From positions 384,001 to 448,000 of the forward strand of contig CAVTBV010000012.1 in the NCBI GenBank assembly GCA_963733095.1: a stretch of 64,000 nt of DNA, given 5' to 3'. Origin of the DNA: Candidatus Bathyarchaeota archaeon (GTDB lineage Archaea; Thermoproteota; Bathyarchaeia; Bathyarchaeales; Bathycorpusculaceae). The notes under the pieces are model-generated. The model was not told the DNA's origin and did no database searches. It saw only the letters and a list, made by a program, of their open reading frames with translations. Positions 19,698 to 30,298 of this stretch are shown piece by piece. Position 1 is the stretch's first letter; the number at the start of each line of letters is the position of its first letter. The position numbers and the translations under genes were made by a program.

Positions 19698-20756
19698 TTA
19701 AGCTAAACCGTTAGCCACATACAACTCTGCGCTAAGTATACCACCGCCTGCAGCGCCCCGAACTGTATTGTGCCCAAGGCACATGTACTTGAAAGTCATG
19801 ATTGGGTCTTTGCGGATTCTGCCGACGACAACACTTTGTCCGTTGCCCGTGTCTCTGTCGTAGCGCGGTTGAGGGCGATTCTTTTCGTGGCGAACAACGA
19901 TTGGTTGGGCTGGCGCAGATGGCAACTTGAGAAGTTGCGGTGCACCCTTGAAATCTTCAAAGGCTGCCTCAATTTGCTCAATCGAGGGTTCTTGGTCTAG
20001 CTTTACGAATATGGATTCTAAGTGGCCATCTTTAACGTGTACGCGGTTGCAGCTGGCGCTAATCTGGAAATCGGCGTTCTGGATAACTCCACGGTTGTAT
20101 GTTCCAAGAATTTTCAGGGCCTCGGTCTCCATCTTGTCTTCTTCGCCTGAGATGAAGGGAACAACGTTGTCGATGATGTCAAGGGAGGCTACTCCCGGAT
20201 AACCTGCTCCGCTGAGGGCTTGCATCGTAGTAACCATTACTTGTCTTAAGCCGAACTGCATGAGAGGCTTTAGCGTAATTGCCATTTGGATGGTGCTGCA
20301 GTTTGGGTCAGTGGAAACAAAGCCCTTCCAACCTCGAAGGTTCTGCTGGACCTTGACTAACTCAGCATGGTCAGGGTTAATTTCGGGAATAATAAGTGGA
20401 ACATCTTTGTCCATTCTGTGAGCACTTGCCTTACTAAACACTGGATACAGTGCTGCGAATTCTGCTTCAATTGGACCAGCCAAATCTCCAGGCATAGAAG
20501 AGAACACCAGGTCCACATCTCCAGCCTTTTCGACTGATGCCACGTCAGCGTTAACAACGGGCATTTCAGCGATTTCTTTAGGCAGATTCGACTCCATCAG
20601 CCAGTTGCAGGCATCCCTGTATTTTTTGCCTGCTGACCGCTCTGAAGCGGCAAGCACCTCAATCTTGAACCATGGGTGACCGTGCAGGAGTTGAATGTAC
20701 CGTTGTCCAACGGCTCCAGTTGCGCCTAAGATGGCGACCTTACGTTTATTCGACAT
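19698..20756 (-). CDS. asd: Aspartate-semialdehyde dehydrogenase
   Basis: GATGAVG, PNCST, QALSGAG and HNTVRGAAG. Confidence 0.97.
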   Translation of the reverse strand: MSNKRKVAILGATGAVGQRYIQLLHGHPWFKIEVLAASERSAGKKYRDACNWLMESNLPKEIAEMPVVNADVASVEKAGDVDLVFSSMPGDLAGPIEAEFAALYPVFSKASAHRMDKDVPLIIPEINPDHAELVKVQQNLRGWKGFVSTDPNCSTIQMAITLKPLMQFGLRQVMVTTMQALSGAGYPGVASLDIIDNVVPFISGEEDKMETEALKILGTYNRGVIQNADFQISASCNRVHVKDGHLESIFVKLDQEPSIEQIEAAFEDFKGAPQLLKLPSAPAQPIVVRHEKNRPQPRYDRDTGNGQSVVVGRIRKDPIMTFKYMCLGHNTVRGAAGGGILSAELYVANGLA

Positions 20757-20823
20757 TGGTTGTTTCTTCCTTTGCTCTTTTCACTCTGTTCTTTCTCGAT
20801 AAAAAAGTTAATGGTTTTGCTGG

Positions 20824-21618
20824 TTAAGTTAAGCCTAAAACATCAGCCATACTGTAGACTTTAGGCTGGTTTTGCTTGCTTAACCATTCAGCAGCATAAA
20901 CGGCGCCCTGTGCTAACACGTTCCTTGAGAAGGCTGTATGCTCGATTCGCAGCATCTCGTTTGGTCCTGCAACGATCAAGTTGTGGATTCCAGCTACACC
21001 CCCCGCACGTAAAGCGGTAACTTCGAGTTCGTCAGATTGGCGTGGGCTTATACCTTCTCGGCCATACACTATTTTCGTGTAGCCCCGAATATTTGCAACG
21101 ATTTCTCCCAGTTTCTTGGCGGTTCCGCTTGGGGCATCCTTCTTTCCTGTGTGGTGTATTTCATTTATGCTGAAATCATAACCTTGTGGAAACGCTTTGA
21201 GCTCTTCGGTTAGTTTGAAGAGGATGTTTACGCCTACGCTGTAGTTTGGCGAGAACACTGCTGGAACTTTTCCCGACATTGCAGAGACTATTTGTCGATT
21301 TTGTACTGGAGTAAAGCCTGTGGTTCCTAAGATAATGCGTTTTCCAAGGTTTGCAACGATTGGAATGTTGATGACTTCCGCCACAGGCATTGTGAAGCTC
21401 AAATAGACGTCGGCGTCTTTGGCGGCTTCGTTTAACCTGTCGGAAGCGAGGATTTTTGTGTCGGAATTAGCGATGTTTAGTTCACGCAGGCTTTTTCCGA
21501 TGGCTGGTGCGTTTGGTGCCTCTATGGCGCCAACGATCTGGTGTCCCTTTGCGGTGGCTTCAGCTATGATGGCGTTGCCCATTCTGCCTGCGGCACCGGC
21601 TACGCAGAGCTTAAGCAT
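20824..21618 (-). CDS. dapB: 4-hydroxy-tetrahydrodipicolinate reductase
   Basis: GAAGRMG, GTTG and EIHHTGKKDAPSGTA. Confidence 0.97.
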   Translation of the reverse strand: MLKLCVAGAAGRMGNAIIAEATAKGHQIVGAIEAPNAPAIGKSLRELNIANSDTKILASDRLNEAAKDADVYLSFTMPVAEVINIPIVANLGKRIILGTTGFTPVQNRQIVSAMSGKVPAVFSPNYSVGVNILFKLTEELKAFPQGYDFSINEIHHTGKKDAPSGTAKKLGEIVANIRGYTKIVYGREGISPRQSDELEVTALRAGGVAGIHNLIVAGPNEMLRIEHTAFSRNVLAQGAVYAAEWLSKQNQPKVYSMADVLGLT

Positions 21619-22648
21619 ACGTTAATCCCTCAAGGTACTTCTCGCTGTAAAGACGATCTTTCAGGTCAACGTTAAAGTGCTTTGCAATTGGTTCTAGAAC
21701 CTGCGGGTTTGCCTCGTAGACCTTGCGTGCATTAGCTAAGACAATTTCTAAGCCGTTGTGTGTCATCTTGCCTAACGGTTGCCTGCAGGGTCCAGCTGGC
21801 AGGCCCAACACATTCATGAGGGTCTTGCATGCGAGCGGGTTTCGGGCTTTACACAAGACTTGACCGTATGGCGTTTGCTCTTGGGTCTTTACGGTGACTA
21901 TGTCGAAGAGCGGTTGGAGGGCTTGAGCGATTACGCTTGCAGCTTCCTCGTTGCCATCTAGGCAATAATGCACCATGTCAGACATGGCGCGGGGTGCAAT
22001 GTTGGACATGACAGATATGACGCCGTTTGCCTTAATGTCGGGTGAAACCATCATTGTGTACGTCTTTTCATCGTCACCGCTTAAAATAGCAAAGTCATCT
22101 CCGCAAAGGCTGCGAGTTAACTCTGCATTCTTGAGGTCGCCTGTGGCTTCCTTTACACAGCTGACGTTTGGATACTGGTGGTGCAGAACGGCGAGGTCAG
22201 GGGGAAACAGTTGTGTGCCTGTTCTGCCTGGGATTATGTATGGAATGACTTGGATTTCTGGGAACTGCTTTGCTATGGGTTCGATGTATTCGCGGCGGAT
22301 CTCCAGCGAGCTGGGTCCATTGTAGTAGGGGTCAACAAGCAATACGGCTTCGACACCTGCGTCGTGGGCGTGTGCGGTGCCTTCGATGGCTTCCTGTGTT
22401 GAATTGCTGCCTGTGCCCGCGATTGTTATACACCGTTTGCCTGAGTCTTCATTCACCATCTCGATAACTTTGCTGTGCTCCTCCCAAGACAGGGTTGGGC
22501 TTTCGCCGGTTGTACCGACGGCTAGCAGGCCTTTGACGCCGTTTTTTATTTGGAAATCTACTAATTGCTGTAATCCTTCGTAATCGACTTGGCGATTACG
22601 GTTCATGGGAGTTATTAAGGCTGTGTAGCAACCACTGAATGTCACCAT
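21611..22648 (-). CDS. dapA: 4-hydroxy-tetrahydrodipicolinate synthase
   Basis: GTTGES, GTGSNST, PYYN, VKEATG and LSGDD. Confidence 0.96.
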   Translation of the reverse strand: MVTFSGCYTALITPMNRNRQVDYEGLQQLVDFQIKNGVKGLLAVGTTGESPTLSWEEHSKVIEMVNEDSGKRCITIAGTGSNSTQEAIEGTAHAHDAGVEAVLLVDPYYNGPSSLEIRREYIEPIAKQFPEIQVIPYIIPGRTGTQLFPPDLAVLHHQYPNVSCVKEATGDLKNAELTRSLCGDDFAILSGDDEKTYTMMVSPDIKANGVISVMSNIAPRAMSDMVHYCLDGNEEAASVIAQALQPLFDIVTVKTQEQTPYGQVLCKARNPLACKTLMNVLGLPAGPCRQPLGKMTHNGLEIVLANARKVYEANPQVLEPIAKHFNVDLKDRLYSEKYLEGLTYA

Positions 22649-22768
22649 TTTTTATTCCTCTTGAAGTGGGGAATATTGGTGGACAGATTATTTAAGCGTT
22701 ACGTTTTACAGATAATTTTTACTAAAAACGTAAATACAATGAATTAAATAACGTAAACCACTCTCCAA

Positions 22769-23089
22769 TTAACATTTTTCAGAGACAACCAACGGCTCAA
22801 CATGATAAGCTGTGAAAAGCCCATCACAAACCCCATAAATCCTCCTAAAGTACTCAACCGCATCCTCAAGCTCTAACGCCGAGGGAATAATTGACTTAAA
22901 ATTATCCAAACGCAAAATATCCAAAAGCGATCCACACTCAATCTTCACAATTTTCATTCGCAATATACGTGGACCAGATTGAAAAACAGCTATTTCGCCA
23001 GGCTTAGGGGACCCTTTTCGGACATCGATTATTTTTTGACCGTTCATTAGCCAATCGAATACTTCTTTCTTTGCAAGGAACCATGGCAA
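22769..23089 (-). CDS. ASCH/PUA-like domain protein
   Basis: FDWLMNGQKIIDVRK resembles the ASCH GxKxxExR motif; SIIP...AVEYFRRIY. Confidence 0.75.
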   Translation of the reverse strand: MPWFLAKKEVFDWLMNGQKIIDVRKGSPKPGEIAVFQSGPRILRMKIVKIECGSLLDILRLDNFKSIIPSALELEDAVEYFRRIYGVCDGLFTAYHVEPLVVSEKC

Positions 23090-23210
23090 ATTGAATACCT
23101 ATGCCTCATTGCCTTGGATACAAGATAAGTTTTCGGTTGAAAAGCGAATACAGAATTTAATATAAAATAGGAAAAAATGGGTTGGAAAACGTAGAAGATT
23201 GTTTGCTGGT

Positions 23211-23408
23211 TTACCCTTTGCCTTTTTCTTCTTTACCGAAGTACTTAGTCCACTTTAGTTTGCGTGCGTCGCGTTTGAATGCTAAACTGCTTTTCTTGCA
23301 TTTGCTGGAATCGAACCAAAGGATTGAACCGTCGTTTTTAACGTACATCATGCCTGTGCCAGCTGGGAAATCAGCACCACAGAACGAACATTTTCTAGGT
23401 TTTGGCAT
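23211..23408 (-). CDS. rpl24e: 50S ribosomal protein L24e
   Basis: CSFCG...GTGMMYVKNDG...SSKC...KLKWT. Confidence 0.97.
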   Translation of the reverse strand: MPKPRKCSFCGADFPAGTGMMYVKNDGSILWFDSSKCKKSSLAFKRDARKLKWTKYFGKEEKGKG

Positions 23409-23429
23409 GATAATTTCTCCAGGTTATTT

Positions 23430-23648
23430 TTACCGAGTTATTTTCTTTGCTTCTCTTTCTGTTTCTCGCAGCATCAGAATATCTTGTGCTCTTACTGGTC
23501 CTTTAACGTTGCGTGTAATGATTCGACCTTTATCTTTGCCTTCCATGATGCGGACGCGGACTTGTGTGATTTCGCCTGTTACGCCTGTGCGACCTATGAC
23601 TTGTATGACTTCCGACGGAACTAGTTCTTCAGCTGCTTCTTTACTCAT
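23430..23648 (-). CDS. rps28e: 30S ribosomal protein S28e
   Basis: [22 protein letters not shown] and LRETERE. Confidence 0.97.
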   Translation of the reverse strand: MSKEAAEELVPSEVIQVIGRTGVTGEITQVRVRIMEGKDKGRIITRNVKGPVRAQDILMLRETEREAKKITR

Positions 23649-24028
23649 TACTGAGTTCCTCGTTTAACCTGATCAATTCTGGTAACGATTTCTTTGAGTA
23701 ATCCTGCTGCCTCTCCTTCTCTTATGATGCATGCTGCTGCACATGGCACGTCGATACCGATAGATTTGCCGAGTTGTTCTTTGCTTGGTACGAATACGTA
23801 TGGAATTTTTCTTTCGTCACAAAGTAGTGGCAGGTGCGCTATTACTTCTGGCGGGTCAACATCTTCAGCTATAACGACAAGTTTTGCTTGTGAGCGCTCA
23901 ACTGCTTTTGTTGCCTCGTTTGTTCCTTTCCTAACAGATCCTGATTTTGAAGCAATCGTTAGGGCTTCATAGGCTGCATCTACGATTTCTTTTGGGACTT
24001 CATATTTTACATAGAATGGTTTTGACAT
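23648..24028 (-). CDS. rpl7ae: 50S ribosomal protein L7Ae
   Basis: [12 protein letters not shown] and IAEDVDPPE. Confidence 0.97.
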   Translation of the reverse strand: MSKPFYVKYEVPKEIVDAAYEALTIASKSGSVRKGTNEATKAVERSQAKLVVIAEDVDPPEVIAHLPLLCDERKIPYVFVPSKEQLGKSIGIDVPCAAACIIREGEAAGLLKEIVTRIDQVKRGTQ

Positions 24029-24183
24029 ATTAGCCTCACCCTTTTAAGGCACAGTCTTATCCACACTTCATGTTTAATAATCTTTCGACTGCAAAAGTGA
24101 ATACTTGTTCTTTTGGCTTATAAATCACTTAGAAAACTTTATATAAACTGTTACGGGTCAATACATGGTTTTCGAGAGGGGAA

Positions 24184-24438
24184 TTGCGTTTGCAAAGATT
24201 GGGCAAGGTTTCAAATGTAACTCCATCGCGAAACATGGTGGTAAAGGCAGAAAATCCCCCGAAAATGGGTTTTGAAGTTGTCGATGAAAATTTAAACGTT
24301 GTCGGTAAAGTTTTTGACATTATCGGTCCCGTCTCAGCACCTTATGCCGTAGTTAAAACAAGCATCAGGGAACCTGAGAAACTCGTGAATAAACCAGTGT
24401 ACTTGCTTCTCTCGAAAACAAAACGGAGCAAGAGATAA
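24184..24438 (+). CDS. gar1: H/ACA RNP protein Gar1
   Basis: [15 protein letters not shown] motif; conserved position upstream of tfb. Confidence 0.9.
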   Translation: MRLQRLGKVSNVTPSRNMVVKAENPPKMGFEVVDENLNVVGKVFDIIGPVSAPYAVVKTSIREPEKLVNKPVYLLLSKTKRSKR

Positions 24439-24439
24439 T

Positions 24440-25414
24440 ATGAGTAGAGCTAGCAAGTTAACTGAACCCGTAAATCAAGATCAAGCAGCACCAAAAGCAG
24501 AGCCAACCAAAGTTCAAGTGTGCCCCGAATGCGGTAGCACACGGCTCATGCGTGACTATGAATGCGCCGAAATAGTGTGCATGGACTGCGGTTTCGTCGT
24601 AGCAGCAAAGATTGCTGACAGAGGACCAGAATGGAGAGCTTTTGATGATGAGCAAAGATCAAAGAGAACCCGTGTTGGAGCACCCTTAACATACACCATA
24701 CATGATAAAGGGTTATCAACAACTATCGATTGGCATGACAGAGACATCTACGGCAAAAGTCTCTCACCAGGCCAGAAAGCCCAAGTTTACCGCCTTCGGA
24801 AATGGCAGCGGCGCATCAGGGTTTCAGATGCAACAGAACGCAACTTGGCTTTTGCACTCTCAGAAATCACAAAGATTTCAAACAACCTAAACCTTCCAAA
24901 GAACATCCTTGAAACAGCCTCAGTAATTTACCGCAAAGCAGTAAAAGAACGTTTAATCCGAGGCAGATCAATCCAAGGAGTTACCTCAGCGGCTCTATAT
25001 TTGGCGTGTAGACAATGTGGTTTACCCCGAACCCTCGACGAAATCGCACTATCATCAGGAGTTAACAAAAAAGAAGTTGGACGAAGCTACCGTTTCCTAA
25101 TCAGAGAACTAAACTACTCCATCCCGCCACTGAGACCAAGCCAATACATCACAAAGTTCTCCAACCAACTTACCATGCAGGGAAAAGTTGAGGAGATAGC
25201 ACACAAAATCTTAGCCGCAGCAAAAGAACTTAAACTCACCTCAGGCAGAGGACCAACAGGTATAGCAGCCGCAGCAAGCTACGTTGCATCCGTCTTAACT
25301 GGCGAGCGCAAGACACAAAGGGAAATCGCCGAGATTGCACAGGTAACGGAAGTTACAATACGCAACAGGTACAAAGAACTCGCCGAGCGCTTAATGTTCC
25401 AAATAAGCATCTAA
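24440..25414 (+). CDS. tfb: Transcription initiation factor IIB
   Basis: CPECG zinc ribbon, GPEWRAF, two cyclin repeats and [13 protein letters not shown]. Confidence 0.97.
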   Translation: MSRASKLTEPVNQDQAAPKAEPTKVQVCPECGSTRLMRDYECAEIVCMDCGFVVAAKIADRGPEWRAFDDEQRSKRTRVGAPLTYTIHDKGLSTTIDWHDRDIYGKSLSPGQKAQVYRLRKWQRRIRVSDATERNLAFALSEITKISNNLNLPKNILETASVIYRKAVKERLIRGRSIQGVTSAALYLACRQCGLPRTLDEIALSSGVNKKEVGRSYRFLIRELNYSIPPLRPSQYITKFSNQLTMQGKVEEIAHKILAAAKELKLTSGRGPTGIAAAASYVASVLTGERKTQREIAEIAQVTEVTIRNRYKELAERLMFQISI

Positions 25415-25451
25415 ACACCCACATTTTCTTTTTCATTTCTAAGGTCTATCC

Positions 25452-25703
25452 ATGACTGATTGCGATGCAAAGAAGTCAAGCAGACCCAAAATGGAAAAGA
25501 CAATTGCTAAACTAAAAGAAATCCACATAGAGCTTAGACAAAACCGCGACAGATTACACCAGAAAATAGAAGTGCTCGACTCAAAGTCAGAGTTGTAAAG
25601 CACCATTGAAGATTTAAAGATAGATGCGGAGATGAGAGCCAGCGTTCTTGAAGTTGAGGTGAAAAGATTCCGGGAAGACCTTGAGTCAATCAGGGAGTTT
25701 TAG
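25452..25703 (+). pseudogene. Small coiled-coil protein interrupted by an in-frame TAA
   Basis: MTDCDAKK...LDSKSEL*STIEDLKIDAEMRASVLEVEVKRFREDLESIREF*; the heptad pattern continues across the TAA at 25596-25598. Confidence 0.55.
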
Positions 25704-25789
25704 GTTTAAATTTGGACAAATGTAATTCAGGCAATTATTAATCTTGGATAAGCAATTTTTTTAAGTGTGCAAGTTGCTTATGCTAACCT

Positions 25790-26404
25790 ATGCCCTATAA
25801 ATTCACTTTCGACCTCTCAAAGGTCCCGCGGTTCTTCTTTACTGAAATTGCTTTGATTAGTTACCAGAAGGGCATGCATAAAAGCTTCCTAACCACACTC
25901 AACGATTTGATCCTAAAGTTTAGGATTCAAGAAGCAACTGGACTCAACCTTTCAGACGCGGTTGCTTTGCTCCAGGATCTGATTGATTTACAAGCCATAA
26001 ACAGCATGGAAAGAGGCAGGTTCTTACAGACCAAGAAGAGAGCGATTTTCCTACCGCACTGCTCTCGAAAATACATGGATAATCGCTGTAAAGCAACATT
26101 CAACCCAGATATTCCAAGCTACACCTGTGCGAATTGCTCGGATGATTGTATGGTGAACAAGGCGGACCAGTATGCCAGAAAGAAGGGCTACGATGTTTAC
26201 TTGTTGCCGGGCGGCTCCTGCATACCGAAGATACTTAAAAACAGCCATTACGAAGGCATCGTTGGCGTGGCATGTGGGGAAGAAATGAAAATTATGGGTC
26301 CACTTCTCAGCGGCATGAACGTTACCGGGCAAGGCATACCACTGATAAAGAATGGTTGTGCAAGCACCGTTTTCAACATGGAAACCCTAAAAAAAGTGCT
26401 CTAA
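25790..26404 (+). CDS. DUF116 family protein
   Basis: FLPHCSR, C...CANC..DC, PGGS, GIVGVAC and GIPLIKNGC. Confidence 0.85.
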   Translation: MPYKFTFDLSKVPRFFFTEIALISYQKGMHKSFLTTLNDLILKFRIQEATGLNLSDAVALLQDLIDLQAINSMERGRFLQTKKRAIFLPHCSRKYMDNRCKATFNPDIPSYTCANCSDDCMVNKADQYARKKGYDVYLLPGGSCIPKILKNSHYEGIVGVACGEEMKIMGPLLSGMNVTGQGIPLIKNGCASTVFNMETLKKVL

Positions 26405-26824
26405 CCGCTTTACCTTGCTAATTGCTAGTTTAAGCGTGTAGCAAAGCTTACCATACTAAACCTTACCAAGAGAGTACTTTTCTAATATTCATGCCAGAGA
26501 AAAAAGCAACTGCAAAAAAGATTGCTAAAAATCGTTTAAAACTGGCGAGTAATGCCCTCAATTCGGCTGCATGCCAGTTCTGCAAGGAAAAAGGTGAAAG
26601 AACCGCGCATACCATTGTCGAAAAAAGACGTTTCCACCCTGCAGAACGTACAACTCCGTTAAATGGGTATTAGTAATGGCTGCATAGCCGATGCTTACTG
26701 ATTTCATGCTTTAGTTGTGATATTAAGAGCTAAAAGTTCATTCAGCACATTTGATTCTTGGATAAAGGATAACACTAAGGAAAGGCTTGATTTTAAAAAA
26801 GCAAAGTAAAGAAAAGTAAACTGG

Positions 26825-26986
26825 TTACTTTACTATTTCTCGTTTCTTCCAGCGCAGGTTCTTGCCCTTGCACTTTCGGCATTTCAGCGCGGTTGAAGCA
26901 TTACGTGAGCCACAGTCTCGACAGATTTTCATGTACAGGCGATGTTCTTGCGCAATTGCCTTTTTAACTGGATCTAATATTGGCAT
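26825..26986 (-). CDS. rpl40e: 50S ribosomal protein L40e (absent from ORF track)
   Basis: MPILDPVKKAIAQEHRLYMKICRDCGSRNASTALKCRKCKGKNLRWKKREIVK. Confidence 0.95.
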   Translation of the reverse strand: MPILDPVKKAIAQEHRLYMKICRDCGSRNASTALKCRKCKGKNLRWKKREIVK

Positions 26987-27086
26987 TTTATTGTTTACCT
27001 TCCATTTTGGCTAACTCTTTGATGGTTAAGTATCAAATATACCTTTTGTCTAAACTTACACATATTGCACAGAATACAAAAGTGGC

Positions 27087-27554
27087 CTACTTGATTACTT
27101 CAATAGTAACGTATGATCGAGTGTCTTCGATTCCGTCGATGCTGTAGAGTTTCTTTAATATTTCATCGAGGTTCTCACGCTCAACGATAATCAACGCGTC
27201 AACTTCGCCTGCGATGCGAAAAGCCCTCGAAACCGCGAGTTCTCGGATTTGCTCATATACTTGGATGCGTTTGATGGGTGAAACTTTGAGAAGTATGAAG
27301 GCGGGTGTTGTGGACACGCCCAGGGCTGTTAAGCCTTTTTCCGTGACGTCGATGAAGCCTCTTCCTGTCCGAATGTAGCCACGGTTTTTTAGTTTGCGTA
27401 GGTGTACGTTTAAGGCTTGTCTACTGACGCCTAATTGGCTGGATAGTTCGTCTTGTTTTGCTCTCAGGGTGTAGGTGTTTGTGGATTTGCCTTTTTCATA
27501 TAGGGTTTTTAAAAGTTGGATTGAACGTTTAGTTAATGGCTCCAAATTGGTCAC
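27087..27554 (-). CDS. Lrp/AsnC family transcriptional regulator
   Basis: N-terminal wHTH (QDELSSQLGVSRQALNVHL) and C-terminal RAM domain (IAGEVD, IDGIEDTRSY). Confidence 0.88.
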   Translation of the reverse strand: MTNLEPLTKRSIQLLKTLYEKGKSTNTYTLRAKQDELSSQLGVSRQALNVHLRKLKNRGYIRTGRGFIDVTEKGLTALGVSTTPAFILLKVSPIKRIQVYEQIRELAVSRAFRIAGEVDALIIVERENLDEILKKLYSIDGIEDTRSYVTIEVIK

Positions 27555-27777
27555 TTTAGTGGTGTTTTGTTAAGTTAAACCTTTACAATAGTTGCAATAC
27601 TTCCTTAAGAATCTGACTCTCAAAACTCTATTTCGAAGCTCATTAACCATCATAAAATTTTCTTTTAACCCAATTTCGTTTGTGCTTTTAGAAGGACCTA
27701 AAGGGTAAGGCCATATTGAGGGCTTCACTATCCATTAACATGCTAAAAAAGGTGTTAATAACTAAGGGCCTTTTAGC

Positions 27778-29109
27778 TTAGGGCGTTAATCTGACTCTAT
27801 CTCGTGGATAGAGAGTTACTTCACGGATGTTCTTGTTGCCAGTTAAAATCATTGTCAACCGCTCAAGTCCCAAACCCCATCCCGCATGTGGTGGCATACC
27901 GTAGTCATAGGCTTGCAAATGACTCTTGAACGATTCGGGGTTGAGCCCCTTCTCCTGAAGCCTCCGAATCAACTGGTCTTTTTGGGCTATTCGAGTTCCA
28001 CCCGACACTAATTCGATGTAGCGCCACATCAAATCAAACCCTTCGCAAAGTTCAGGCTTGTCTTCCCGCGGTTTAATGTAAAAGGCTTTTGCATGTGTTG
28101 GCCAATCTGTAATGAAGTAGAAGTATGGATAGAGTTTGCCTAGGACCCTAAAAGCCTCCGTCGGGATGTCTTCCCCCCATGGAATCATTACATCCTGCTT
28201 CTTCAAGTCCTCAAGGACTTGGTCGTAGGTTAAGCGCTTGAACGGGATGTCTGGAACCTCAAACTTGTACCCAAGCACCGACAACTTGCTGACACAGTTC
28301 TCTTTAACAACCATAAACGCATGGCGTATGACTTGTTCGAGGAGCGCCATAACATCAGTGGCGTTGGCAAAAGCTGCTTCGACGTCGACTGAAGTGAATT
28401 CGCTCAGGTGTCTTCGGGTGTGGGATTCTTCAGCACGGAAGAACGGCCCAACCTCGAACACTTTTTCAAAGCTCAATGTTAATTCTTCTTTGTAGAGTTG
28501 TGGGCTCTGTGCAAGGTAGGCTTTTTGCCCAAAATAGTCGACGCTGAAGAGTTCTGCCCCGCCTTCAGTTGCAGAAGCGATGATGCGTGGAGTATGAACT
28601 TCCAAAAAGCCCTTTTCAAACAGGAAGCTGCGCACTGCTTGAAGTGCTGTATGCTGGACCTTAAAGGTGGCTAGGCTTCGCTCTTGTGTGAGATCGAGTG
28701 GTCTTGCGTCTAAACGGGATTCGATGAGGGCCGGAGTCTTGCCGGTAATGTCTATTGGCAGTTGCTCTGTAGCTACGTTAAAAATTTTTATCGCATTGGG
28801 GATGACTTCTATGCCTCGGGGTGTCATTTTGGTTTTTTTGACGTTTCCCTTTACGCCGAGGCTGAACCTTTTCTGAAGAAGGTCAGACTTTGCTAAAACT
28901 TCAGGTTGGATTCGTTTTTTGGGGATGGTTAACTGGAGGGTTCCTTCGCGGTCCTGCATTATAATGAAGCGGATTCCGCCAAGATCACGAATGTCTTGAA
29001 CCCAACCAAAAAGAGTAACTTCCTGACCGTCAAGTTCAGATGTCACTTGGCATGTATAGTGAGTTCTAATCCAGTCGTCGATTGAGTCCAAATTCATGCT
29101 TTTTCGCAA
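27778..29109 (-). CDS. aspS: Aspartate--tRNA ligase, probably non-discriminating
   Basis: GWV..IRDLGG, AQSPQLYK, FRAE and GMPPHAGWGLGLERL; Pro in the L1 loop (TPRG). Confidence 0.95.
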   Translation of the reverse strand: MRKSMNLDSIDDWIRTHYTCQVTSELDGQEVTLFGWVQDIRDLGGIRFIIMQDREGTLQLTIPKKRIQPEVLAKSDLLQKRFSLGVKGNVKKTKMTPRGIEVIPNAIKIFNVATEQLPIDITGKTPALIESRLDARPLDLTQERSLATFKVQHTALQAVRSFLFEKGFLEVHTPRIIASATEGGAELFSVDYFGQKAYLAQSPQLYKEELTLSFEKVFEVGPFFRAEESHTRRHLSEFTSVDVEAAFANATDVMALLEQVIRHAFMVVKENCVSKLSVLGYKFEVPDIPFKRLTYDQVLEDLKKQDVMIPWGEDIPTEAFRVLGKLYPYFYFITDWPTHAKAFYIKPREDKPELCEGFDLMWRYIELVSGGTRIAQKDQLIRRLQEKGLNPESFKSHLQAYDYGMPPHAGWGLGLERLTMILTGNKNIREVTLYPRDRVRLTP

Positions 29110-29111
29110 CC

Positions 29112-29642
29112 TTAATCTGCAATTTCAACGCGTAAAGACATTTTACGTACTTTACTGGCAATTTCCTTCAAAGCTTTAAGGTCAAAGGGTAGCTGCGCGC
29201 CACGTTTCCTCTTAAGAATTACCCGTGTTTCGGTGGTTCCATCCGGAAGCCAGATAGTGTTGATGGTTAAGATGCTGAAGGGTACGAAGAGGTCTTCGAG
29301 GAATTTGCGGTCGTCAACTCCATATTCGAGTACGCGGACGTTTTTGCCTGTTTCGTCTCCGAGGGTTTTGACGATTTTGCCGCCGTAACCTAAAAGTTTA
29401 GGGACATCTCCATGTCCGACGAGGATGGCCAAGGTTTTTTCAACCTCAACTGCCTTGTAGAAGCAGACGTTTTGCAGGGAAGGATATTTTTCTTCCATAG
29501 AGAGCAGTAGGCGAGCTACTTTCAGGTCTATGTCGCTGATTTCGCCAGCTTTGACTTTGGCCGAACATTTTTGGCATAGTATGCCGCTTTTTAGGCAGAA
29601 ACTGCATAGTTCTGTTTTCATTTGGTGTCGTTTTTCCTGCAA
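29112..29642 (-). CDS. NusA-like KH-domain protein with Cys-rich N-terminus
   Basis: CSFCLKSGILCQKC and a GYGG KH loop. Confidence 0.8.
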   Translation of the reverse strand: MQEKRHQMKTELCSFCLKSGILCQKCSAKVKAGEISDIDLKVARLLLSMEEKYPSLQNVCFYKAVEVEKTLAILVGHGDVPKLLGYGGKIVKTLGDETGKNVRVLEYGVDDRKFLEDLFVPFSILTINTIWLPDGTTETRVILKRKRGAQLPFDLKALKEIASKVRKMSLRVEIAD

Positions 29643-29670
29643 AGAAGGAGTTTAGCTAAAGTTCCATGAT

Positions 29671-29958
29671 TTATCTCATCAGCGTTATTTCTATGGTGCT
29701 GACGTTGGTTGCGGTGTTGCCGTCTTCTTGGTCTTGCGGTAGGAATTGGTCAGTTCCGATGCTGATGCTTTTTATTTTGGCATCTGGCAGAAATCGGTGT
29801 CTAACTACTTCGGCGACGTCGATTGCCCGGCTGATTGATCGTCCGCGTGCTTTGATACTGACTTCTTTTGCTCCGCCGTGAAAAAATGTAATGCAGGCGA
29901 GGACATAGTTCATTATTGGCTTTTTGCCTATTAAGACTGCGCTGATGTCTTCTGTCAC
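29671..29958 (-). CDS. albA: DNA/RNA-binding protein Alba
   Basis: [27 protein letters not shown] and VSTIEI. Confidence 0.96.
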   Translation of the reverse strand: MTEDISAVLIGKKPIMNYVLACITFFHGGAKEVSIKARGRSISRAIDVAEVVRHRFLPDAKIKSISIGTDQFLPQDQEDGNTATNVSTIEITLMR

Positions 29959-30298
29959 GGTTCCGCTACACTCCTAGTTTACTTTTAAGTGGCTTGACTT
30001 ATGCTTTTTTTCAAAATAAATACATTGTGGTGTTTAGTTTGTGTTATCGCTGAGGTGAAATTCGGCAGGTTTCCGAAATTAACGATGATTTTTTACATAT
30101 TAATAACTGATAAAAAAAATCAATACGACCGCCCCCTTAACCGTTCCAAACATCATTTTAACGATTGGAATGCCAATTACTGACCTGCCTCTCTATCGGT
30201 TCAGCATAGAGAATCTAATAGGATCCAAATATTCTAAACTACTTTGGGGAATCCAGCTAAACAAGGTAAAAAAATAAATTACAATGCTTTGCGAATTC

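Noticed and set aside
23182-23667. 161-aa plus-strand ORF and the many other antisense or alternate-frame ORFs in the track
   Set aside because: They are shadows of well-supported genes (here rpl24e and rps28e) and have no motifs.
26491-26673. 60-aa ORF with CQFC
   Set aside because: Only one CxxC and no recognisable family, so support is insufficient.
30080-30112. Possible C/D box sRNA (GATGAT...CTGA)
   Set aside because: The C box is imperfect, there are no C'/D' boxes and the spacer is low-complexity AT-rich sequence.
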